From assembly GCA_963768655.1 (NCBI GenBank), contig CAVYIM010000006.1, positions 192,001-256,000 on the forward strand: a stretch of DNA of 64,000 nt, read 5' to 3'. A model generated the notes under the pieces. That model was not told the DNA's origin and searched no databases. It saw only the letters and a program-made list of their open reading frames with translations. The position numbers and the translations under genes are program-made. Position 1 is the first letter of the stretch; every line of letters starts with the position of its first letter. This stretch comes from an uncultured Chloroflexia bacterium. Lineage in GTDB: Bacteria > Chloroflexota > Limnocylindria > Limnocylindrales > CSP1-4. Below are positions 10,482 to 19,772 of the stretch, piece after piece.

Positions 10482-13400
10482 ATGGTCAGGATGTCAGGGA
10501 TGATGCGGCGGATCGCAGCGACCGTCGTGATGGGCGCTCTGGCCGCTCCCTTCGCCGGGACGGCGCCCGCCGTTGCCAGTTCTGGTGGAACGCAGGCCGC
10601 CGACGTGGAGGCTGTCTGCCCCCGGCCGCTCCGGGTACCGCGGAGTGTCTCGCACTACGTCGCACGGACATCGCGGCCAGTCCCGCATCCGCCTTGCCCT
10701 CGGGGCCATCGGAGGGGTACGGCCCGGCCGATCTCCAGAGCGCCTACGCACTTCCGTCGGGAAGTGATCTCGGCGCCGGGTTGACCGTCGCCGTGGTGGA
10801 TGCGTACGACCTGCCGACCGCGGAGCACGATCTCGGAGTCTACCGGAGCTACTACGGCCTGGCGGCATGCACGACTGCCAACGGTTGCTTCCGCAAGGTC
10901 AACCAGAACGGTGGCACGAGCTCGTATCCGACCTACGACGCGCACTGGGGTCAGGAGATCGCTCTGGATCTCGACATGGTTTCCGCCATTTGTCCCAACT
11001 GCAAGATCCTGCTGGTCGAGGCCACGGACAACAACTACTCGAACCTGGGACCGGCGGTCGACACCGCCGTGTCTCTGGGCGCGGTCGCCGTCTCGAACAG
11101 CTATGGCGGTTCCGAGGGGAGCGGCGAGGGCGACCTAGACACGTACTACGACCACCCGGGAGTGGCGATCACTGTCTCCACCGGCGACTGCGGCTACAAC
11201 TGCTCGGCCGGTACGAGCGGCAACGCGAAGGGGGTCGAATACCCGGCGGCGTCACCGTATGTGATCGCCGTCGGCGGCACGACGCTGCTCCCCGCCGCCA
11301 ACGCCCGTGGCTGGACCAAATCGGCCTGGGGCAATTCCGACGGGGGCGCGGGCAGCGGCTGCTCCCAGTACGAGCCCAAGCCCTCCTGGCAGCACGACAC
11401 CGGGTGCGCGAACCGGACCGAGGCCGACGTCTCGGCCGTTGCCGATCCTGAGACCGGCGTGGCCAGCTTTGACAGCAGCTTCTCCAGCTCCTGGGCGGTC
11501 ATGGGCGGCACCAGTGCAGCCGCGCCGATCATCGCCGCCATCTATGGCCTGGTCGGTGGTCCGCCAGCCAGTGGCTACCCGGCCAGCTTCTTCTACGGAG
11601 ACACGGCCGACCTCAACGACGTGGTAGGTGGCAACAACGACGTCACCTGGGGCGACTGCACCGTTACGTACCTATGCAACGGTGTGGCCGGCTACGACGG
11701 GCCGACGGGGCTGGGCACACCGAATGGCGTGGGCGCTTTCGGGGTCGTGCACACCCTCTCCGTCTCCGGACTCCCGAGCCCAACCGTCGCCGGTGTCGCC
11801 CACACCCTCACGGTCACGGCCAAAGACGCCTACGGCAACACGGCCACCGGCTACACCGGCACCGTCCACTTCAGCAGTACCGATCCGGCTGCCACCCTGC
11901 CGGCGAATACGACCCTGACCAACGGCGTCGGCACCTTCAGCGTCACCCTCAAGACGGCCGGCACCAGGTCGGTGACCGCGACCGACACCGTCACGAGCTC
12001 GATCACGGGCTCCCAGAACGCCATCGTGGTCAACCCGGGATCTGCCGCTACCCTCTCCGTCTCCGGACTCCCGAGCCCAACCGTCGCCGGTGTCGCCCAC
12101 ACCCTCACGGTCACGGTCAAAGACGCCTACGGCAACACGGCCACCGGCTACACCGGCACCGTCCACTTCAGCAGTACCGATCCGGCTGCCACCCTGCCGG
12201 CGAATACGACCCTGACCAACGGCGTCGGCACCTTCAGCGTCACCCTCAAGACGGCCGGCACCAGGTCGGTGACCGCGACCGACACCGTCACGAGCTCGAT
12301 CACGGGCTCCCAGAACGCCATCGTGGTCAACCCGGGATCTGCCGCTACCCTCTCCGTCTCCGGACTCCCGAGCCCAACCGTCGCCGGTGTCGCCCACACC
12401 CTCACGGTCACGGCCAAAGACGCCTACGGCAACACGGCCACCGGCTACACCGGCACCGTCCACTTCAGCAGTACCGATCCGGCTGCCGTCCTGCCGGCGA
12501 ATGCGACCCTGACCAACGGCGTCGGCACCTTCAGCGTCACCCTCAAGACGGCCGGCACCAGGTCGGTGACCGCGACCGACACCGTCACGAGCTCGATCGC
12601 AGGGTCCCAGAACGCCATCGTGGTCAACCCCGGATCTGCCACGACTATCTCCGTGTCGGGCCTCGCCTCGCCGCGGTCACAGGGAGCCGTGGGCTCGGTC
12701 ACGCTGACCGCCCGCGACGCCTACGGCAACACCGACCCGACGTACCGCGGCACGGTGCACTTCACGAGCACGGATCCCAAGGCCGTCTTGCCGGGCGACT
12801 ACGCTTTCACCGCCGCCGACGCCGGGACTCACACCTTCCCCAACGGCGTCACGCTCAAGACCTACAGCAGCCAGACGGTCACGGCCACGGACAAAGTGAC
12901 CGCCTCGATCACGGGCTCGCTGACCGTCAGCGTCAACTACCCTGCCTCCACATACCATGCCGTGACGCCGGCTCGGGTCCTCGACACGCGCCCGACGGTG
13001 AAGAGCGGCAACCCGACGAACATCGGTCTGTCCGGCAAGTTCACCGCCGGCACTGTCCGCACCTTCGCGGTCGGCGGTGCTCGTTTCGTCGGTGGCGGCA
13101 GTGCTGTGGCCGTCCCATCCAACGCAGTGGCCGTGACGGGCAACCTCACCATCGTGAATGAGACGACGGCCGGCCTCGTCGCCCTGGGCCCGACCATGAC
13201 CCCGACGGGCGCCGTCACCACGATCAACTTCGCCAAGGGCGACATCCGGGCCAACAACGTGACCGTGGGCCTGGCTCCGAACGGCACCCTGCAGGCGGTC
13301 TTCCGGTCCTCGACCGCCGGCGCGACGACCGACCTCATCTTCGACGTGACCGGCTACTTCCTGGCCAACGCCGGTGGCGCCACGTACCACACGGTAGCCC

Positions 13401-14161
13401 CCGGTCGCGTCCTCGACACTCGTGCCACCGGCGGCGGGAACACCAACATCGGCCTGTCGGGCAAGTTCGCCAACCGCGTGGTCCGGACCTTCGCCGTGGC
13501 GGGCGTGATCGGCCTCGGCTGGGGGACCGCCCTGGTACCAGCCGGCGCTACCGCGGTCACTGGCAACCTGACCGTCACCAACGCCACGTCGGCCGGCTAT
13601 GTCTCCCTGGGTCCCACTATGACCTCGACGCCGAACACCTCGACGCTCAACGTGGCGGCGGGCAACAACCGTGCCAACGGCGTCACCGTGGCGCTTGCCT
13701 CGGGCAGGCTCCAGGCCGTGTGGGCCGGCACGACAGGCTCGAGCGCCGACGTGATCTTCGACGTCACGGGCTACTTCACATCGGATACGACCGGCCTGTC
13801 CTACCACGCCGTCGTGCCGGTCCGCATTCTCGACAGCTCGACCAACTTGGGTCTGTCGGGCGCCTTCGCCAACCGGACCCCAAGGACCTTCTCGGTCGGC
13901 GGCACCGGCCAGATCGCGGCCGGCGCGGCGGGCATCAGCGGCAACCTGACTCTCTTCAACCCTTCGAGCAACGGCTTCGCCTTCGTCAGCCCTGACCCTG
14001 TCGCCACGCCGACCTCCTCGACGGTCAACGCCTCGGCTTACCAGACCGTGGCCAACGGCTTCGACGTCGCTCTCGACGGGGGCAACCTGGCCCTCATCTG
14101 GGCCGGCGCGGCGGGCTCGACGGCCAACCTGCAACTCGATGTGACCGGCTACTGGAAGTAG
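10482..14161 (+). CDS. Secreted S53 (sedolisin-like) serine protease + four Ig-like repeats + triple C-terminal module; frameshift at C run 10619-10623
   Basis: The signal peptide is in ORF 10482 (MMRRIAATVVMGALAAPFAG) and the catalytic domain in the next frame: EIALD, SNSYG, STGDCG, GGTSAAAP, GYDGPTGLGTP. Adding one C fuses them (VCPPAAPGTAECL). Confidence 0.85.
11753..12640 (+). repeat. 3 x 297-bp near-identical tandem repeat (99-aa Ig-like domain)
   Basis: The unit ACCCTCTCCGTCTCCGGACTCCCGAGCCC... starts at 11753, 12050 and 12347, with only a few substitutions. Confidence 0.97.
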
Positions 14162-14243
14162 GAACGGGGGGTGCGCTCCTCGTCCGAGCGGACTGTTGGG
14201 GATAGGGGCGGGTATCTTGCTCGGCCGCCGCGCTGCCGGGCCG

Positions 14244-14993
14244 CTAGTTCACGGGGGACGTGGCCGCCGTCGGCTCCGCCGCCTGCAGGCGCGGCACGCG
14301 CAGGGCGGCCTCCCGGCGGCGGTGCTCCGTGAGGAGAATGAATCGGATGATTCGGTCCTGGTCGAGTGAAGTGATGCGCGTGAACTTGACCGCGACTTCG
14401 GTCTGACATGGCCCGCCGCTCGGGCCTGACGCGCCGCCGTTCGAGGCTCGGCCCAGTCGCTTCACGACGCCGTTCATCGAGACTCGTTCCACGCCGGCGA
14501 GGGGCAGGGTCAGATCCAGATCGTCACCGACGTTGATGGGCGCATCGCTCACGAACAGGAGGCCGCCCGGACTGAGGTTCCTGGTCACCGTGGTGGCGGC
14601 CTTACCGCGAGGCTCCCAGGTGGCCGGGTCGATGCGGCGAAAGCAAATCGGCAGGTCTATCGGGTAGCGGACGTAGCCGCGGCGTTGCGCCCGCTTGAGA
14701 GCGGCCGGAGGGAGGACCGCGAAGACGCGCGACCTGCTGCCGCCGAGCGGCCTCAGGAATGCCGACTGGCCAAGAAGGGCGGCGCCATCGCGGGCGACGG
14801 TGAGCCGGACCGTCTGGTCTGGTCGCAGCGCCTCCAGGCGCCGATCCGGCGACGCCAGACCGAGCCACAGTTCGGTCGGGCAGATCCGAACGATCACCGT
14901 CCGCAATGCCACCGGCCGGCCGTAGATCTCGGTTTCGACGAGCACACGATCCTGGATCGCAAGTTCGGGCTCGACGGTTTCTCTCTCGGTCAT
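14244..14993 (-). CDS. PilZ-domain c-di-GMP receptor (YcgR-like two-domain layout)
   Basis: QRRGYVR (RxxxR) and NLSPGG ([D/N]xSxxG) motifs are intact. An alternative GTG start is at 15002. Confidence 0.88.
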   Translation of the reverse strand: MTERETVEPELAIQDRVLVETEIYGRPVALRTVIVRICPTELWLGLASPDRRLEALRPDQTVRLTVARDGAALLGQSAFLRPLGGSRSRVFAVLPPAALKRAQRRGYVRYPIDLPICFRRIDPATWEPRGKAATTVTRNLSPGGLLFVSDAPINVGDDLDLTLPLAGVERVSMNGVVKRLGRASNGGASGPSGGPCQTEVAVKFTRITSLDQDRIIRFILLTEHRRREAALRVPRLQAAEPTAATSPVN

Positions 14994-15240
14994 CGACGTC
15001 ACCAGGCCGGGTCGTTCGAGGCGTCGGGCCGGTGCCTGAGGCGAACCGGACCCGCGTAGTGGCGGCGACCCTGCCCTGTAGGAGTCGGCTCGGTGACGTC
15101 CAATTCGTAGTCTCGGCGGCTGCTATGGCGGTACGGGACGCCACGGCGCAGGGGATGTGGACCGCGGCGCACGTTCACGATCGGGATCAGGACACGCCCG
15201 CAGGCTCGGGTTTGGCGGATGGACTACAGTTGCCTCCGTC

Positions 15241-16287
15241 ATGAAACCACCAAGGCGGGGCGGCCGGCACGCCCGCCCCCACGGCGCTGCGGCTGCGGCG
15301 TGGGGCATGGCCGTCCTGCTGATCGTCGCCGGCTGCGCGCCGCTGGCGGGCGGCTCGCCAGCCAGACCGTCACCGTCGCCGGTCGTGTCGCCGTCCACGG
15401 TAGCGAGCGCGAGTCCGACCGTTGGTCCCACTCCGAGTCCCGATGTCACCGCTCCGCCCGCGACCGCTCCACCCACCGTCGCACCGCCCACGCCACCACC
15501 GCTGGCCGGCACTCTTCCCCTGGTGAACAGCTGCAACCCGACCTCGGTCCCGAGCGCCCTCCCGGTGACAGCGCCCGCTGACGGCAAGGCCAGCTCCTTC
15601 GCCCTGCACGTGCCGATACTCGAGTACCACCGGATCGTGCCCTTCGCGTACGCCGGCGACTCCAAGCCCGGCCTGGTCGTCCCACCCGCGACGTTCGCCG
15701 CTCAGCTCGAAGACTTCCGATCGGCAGGCTGGCACACCATCACGATGGCGACGCTCGCGAACGACCTGCTGGCGCACGTGCGGCCTCCGGCCAAGACGTT
15801 CGTCATCACCATCGACGACGGCTGGGACGATGGCTACATATACGCGCTGCCGATCCTCGAGCAGCTTGGTTTCGTGGCGACCTACTTCGTAATCGGCAGC
15901 CGGATCGACCGGCGGAACTTCCTGAGCTCCGCCGAGCTCCAGGCCCTGGTGGCCGCCGGTGACGAGATCGGCGATCACACGATGGACCATGTCGATCTCG
16001 ACCATCAGACGGCCGCGAAAATGACCTACGAGATCGATGCCGCCGCCGCCCGGATCGCCCAGGTCACCGGCCGCTGGCCCGAGTCTCTGGCCTATCCATA
16101 CGGGGGTGCGAACCAGCGGGCCGTCAACGGGGTCGCTGCATGCCAGGAGATGCGAATCGCGGTCATCGAGAAGACCGGCGGAAAGTCGGTCGTTCTGGAG
16201 ACGTGGTCCAATCGCTTCGCGGTCTCCCGCATCGAGATCAGCTCGTCCACCAGGATGGCGGATCTTGTGGCAGGGCTGGGAGCATAG
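15241..16287 (+). CDS. Lipoprotein polysaccharide deacetylase (CE4/NodB) with P/T/S-rich linker
   Basis: Lipobox LIVAG-C; VPILEYH, ITIDDGW, HTMDH and AYPYG motifs. Confidence 0.88.
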   Translation: MKPPRRGGRHARPHGAAAAAWGMAVLLIVAGCAPLAGGSPARPSPSPVVSPSTVASASPTVGPTPSPDVTAPPATAPPTVAPPTPPPLAGTLPLVNSCNPTSVPSALPVTAPADGKASSFALHVPILEYHRIVPFAYAGDSKPGLVVPPATFAAQLEDFRSAGWHTITMATLANDLLAHVRPPAKTFVITIDDGWDDGYIYALPILEQLGFVATYFVIGSRIDRRNFLSSAELQALVAAGDEIGDHTMDHVDLDHQTAAKMTYEIDAAAARIAQVTGRWPESLAYPYGGANQRAVNGVAACQEMRIAVIEKTGGKSVVLETWSNRFAVSRIEISSSTRMADLVAGLGA

Positions 16288-16643
16288 CGACAAGCAGCCC
16301 GGTCCCGCGCCTGTTTCGTCCCTCGTCGGGCGGAGCCCTAGACAGCCTGTTCCACATGTGAGCTGCAGCGGGGACCCGGCCTGTCCGCGCCGTCGATCAT
16401 GGTGGTGGCGACGGTAGGAGGCGATGATATTGCGCCGCCATTCGGACAGGCTTATCATGGGCCGCGACCGCCTCGGACGAACGGATGCGTCTCGTCAGCC
16501 CTGCCCGCGGCGGAGCGATGACCTCCGGCTGGGCGCCGGGGCGCTGGTGGGGCGCCCACGGGACTCAAGGGCGGCGTTGGTCCGGCCGGATCATGCGGTA
16601 AGCGGCTGTCGCCCGCTGCCCGACGGCCCGAGGAGAACGTGCC

Positions 16644-19542
16644 GTGCTCTCCACCAGGTTGCACAGGCCGGGCCGCCTGCCTCGCATCTTCGGTCTCGGT
16701 GCCGCGCTCGTGCTCGTGGGGTCCGCCCTCACGGTAGCTCCACCCCCGGCTCGCGCCGACGACTCGGATCACCTGCAAGCGTACGGGTTAGCTGACCAGG
16801 GACAGCCCACCGCCGGCGTCGCATATACGTTTGAGGTCAATGCCCTCACTCCCGACGGAAGCGGCGTGGACAGTTGCTTCGATGACACGGTTCACTTGTC
16901 CTATACCGACAGCAAGACCGCCATGCCCGCGGACTACGGGTACACCGCTGCTCTCCTCTACTTTTGGTGTGTTGGCGACGACGGTCAGCACGAGTTCACG
17001 ATCGTCCCGGTGGCGGCGGGCCAGCAGACCCTCACGGTGAGCGATCTTGACGACTCGAGCGTCAGCAACGCGGTGTTGACTTTCGACGTGGCTCCCGGAC
17101 CGGCCGCGAGCCTCGCGGTTTCGAGCCTGCCGGCGAGCATGACGCAGGGGGCCGAAGCGCCCATCCGGGTCACGCTCAGGGACGCATGGGGCAACGTCGC
17201 CACCAACTACACCGGCACGGTCCACTTCGCGTCGAGTGACGGGAGCGCGGCGCTGCCGGCGGATTATGCGTTCGGCGCCGGCGACGCCGGGACTCACTTG
17301 TTCGCAGTCAGTTTCGGATCGACCGGCAGCCAGTCAGTGACCGTCACGGACACCCTCGAGCCGAGCAGTCTCCATGCGTCCGCCAGCACGACCGTAGCGA
17401 CGGCGGATCATTTCTACGTCGAGGTCGGTGAGCAGGAGGCCGGCGTCTACACGAGTTGCAGCGTGACCGCCGAAAAGTCGACCGGAGCCACGGACACCGG
17501 ATACACCGGCACGGTCAAGTTCAGCAGTTCCGACACAAGCGCCACACTCCCATCGGACGCGAGCGACGTGGCCGGCCAGGTGACTTTCACTGGTCCATCC
17601 TGGTCGTGCGGTGGATTCGACCTGATGTTCTACAAGGCGGGCACTCAGACGCTCACCGCGACCGACGAGAGCAACTCAGACATCACCGGCACAGGTACGG
17701 TCACCGTGCTCGGTGGTGACACGGTCGGAGTCAAGATCGTCGGGCTTCCCTCCGCGACGGTTGTGGGCCCGGTTTCGATCACGGTCAAGGCCACGGACGC
17801 CTGGAACAACTGGGGCAGCGACGGGCCCTGCAGCTTCTCCAGCAGCGACCCGAAGGCCGTCCTGCCCGCAGACTTCGCGTTTCACACGTCGGACTACGGT
17901 ACGCGCCAGTTCACGGTCACGCTCGAAACGCCGGGAACCCAGACGCTGAAGGTGTCCTGCTCCGAAGACGCCAAGAACTTCTCGGCCACCGCCTCAACGA
18001 CGGTCGTGTACGGTACAGCCACGCATTTCGCGGTCTCCGGTCTCTCGTCGCCGCAGACCGCCGGCGTCGCCGGCACAATCACCGTCAAGGCCCTCGACGC
18101 ATACGGCAACACGGCCCCGACATACGACGGCACGGTCCACTTCACCAGCAGTGACTCCAAGGCAGTCCTGCCGGCGAACTACACCTTCAACTCGACAGAC
18201 AAGGGCGTCCACGCCAGCAGCGTGACTCTGAAGACCGCCGGCACCCAGTCGGTGACCGCGACCGACACGGTGACGGCCTCGATCAAGGGGTCGCAGACCG
18301 GCATCGTGGTGAGTACCACAGGCTCCGTCGCCTCCACGTACCACGCCACGAGCCCGGCCCGGGTTCTCGACTCCCGACCCACAGGCTCGGGTCACACCAA
18401 CATCGGACTCGCGGGTAAGTTCACCGCAGGCACGGTCCGGACCTTCGCCGTGGCCGGCGTCATCGGCGTAGGGGCCACCAGCGCGGCCGTACCGACCAAT
18501 GCCACCGCGGTCACGGGCAACCTCACCATCGTCAACGAGACCGCCGCCGGAGTAGTGGCTCTGGGACCGACCATGACCGCCAGCGGTGCCACTACCACGA
18601 TCAACTTCGTCAAGGGCGACATCCGGGCCAACAACGTGACTATGGGGCTAGGAGCCGGAGGCAAGCTCTCGGCGGTCTATCGCTCGGCTACAGCCGGAGC
18701 CACGATCGATCTCATCTTCGATGTCACAGGCTTCTTCACCCCCGATACGAGCGGTGCCACCTATCACGTCCTCGACCCCGGGCCGGATCCTCGATACCAG
18801 ACCGACCGGCTCGGGTCACACCAACATCGGGCTAGCGGGTAAGTTCGCCAACAAGAGTGTGCGGACCTTCACGATCGCAGGCGTCAAGGCCCTGGGCTGG
18901 ACGTCCGCTCTGGTACCGTCGGCTGCCACCGCTGTCACCGGCAACCTGACCGTGACCAACGCCACGAGCTCTGGCTTTGTCTCTCTCGGTCCGACCATGA
19001 CCAGCTCGCCTTCCACCTCGACCCTGAACATCAGCGCCGGTGCCACCGTCGCCAACGGTGTCACCGTGGCCCTAAAGAGCGGCAAGCTAGAGGCCGTCTG
19101 GTGCGGCACGGCGGGTTCGAGTGCCAATGTCATCTTCGATGTCACCGGCTACTTCACCGCAGGCTCGGGTGGTCTCCACTACTACGCGATCAGCCCCGCC
19201 CGCTATCTCGACTCCTCGACCAACAAGGGTCTCTCGGGTGTCTTCACCAGCGGCACGGCGCGGATCCTGACCATCGGTGGCGTCGGTGCCGTCCCAACTG
19301 GCGCTGCCGGTATCAGCGGCAACCTGACTCTGCTATCTCCCTCATCGGCGGGCTGGGCCCTGGTATCACCCGAGATCGTCGCCACGCCGACCACCTCTAC
19401 CCTCAACGTCGCCGCTGGACATTCCGAAGCCAACGGCTTCGATGTCGCTCTGGGAGCGTCGGGTCACGTCGCTCTCGAGTGGGCCGGCACCACCGGTTCC
19501 ACCGCCAACATCGCTCTCGATATCACCGGGTACTGGAAGTAG
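16644..19542 (+). CDS. Large secreted Ig-repeat surface protein with triple C-terminal module; +1 frameshift near 18773
   Basis: Signal peptide ending ARA-D, then Ig-like repeats (DAWGN..NYTGTVHF.SSD). ORFs 16644 and 18721 fuse; the paralog reads GTCCTGACACCGGGCCGG where this copy has one extra base. Ends DITGYWK. Confidence 0.85.
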
Positions 19543-19580
19543 CGTCCGGCTCCTCGCCTCTTTCGACCCTCGCAAACGCT

Positions 19581-19610
19581 CGGAGGCCCCGGCTCGCGCC
19601 GGGGCCTCCG
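19581..19610 (+). terminator. Perfect 13-bp GC hairpin downstream of surface-protein gene
   Basis: CGGAGGCCCCGGC-tcgc-GCCGGGGCCTCCG; no U-tract. Confidence 0.55.
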
Positions 19611-19772
19611 GCTACGTGGCGGGCAGGCGCGGGGTGACTGGGCGGGTGTGCGGCCCTGCCGTTCGGCCGGAATGTTCGTGACGGAACTGTTTCGGCCGGT
19701 CACTCGGCTGTACGATAGTGGTGCCCCGGCAGGGCAGCAGGGAGTAGGCGTCCAACGGGGGAGGAGGTTGTC

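Noticed and set aside
11753-12640. Regular repeats as a possible CRISPR array
   Set aside because: These are 297-bp in-frame coding repeats with no spacers and no cas genes. The 18-bp repeat at 52086 is likewise coding.
15003-15240. c-di-GMP riboswitch upstream of the PilZ gene
   Set aside because: I found no class I or class II consensus elements on either strand by eye.
16459-16643. c-di-AMP (ydaO) riboswitch upstream of the surface protein
   Set aside because: It lacks the GCnGAAUC, GGAAC and CAGCUAAC consensus elements.
19674-19687. GTTC-N6-GAAC as a LexA box
   Set aside because: Orientation and spacing are wrong for GAAC-N4-GTTC, though it could be an operator for another regulator.
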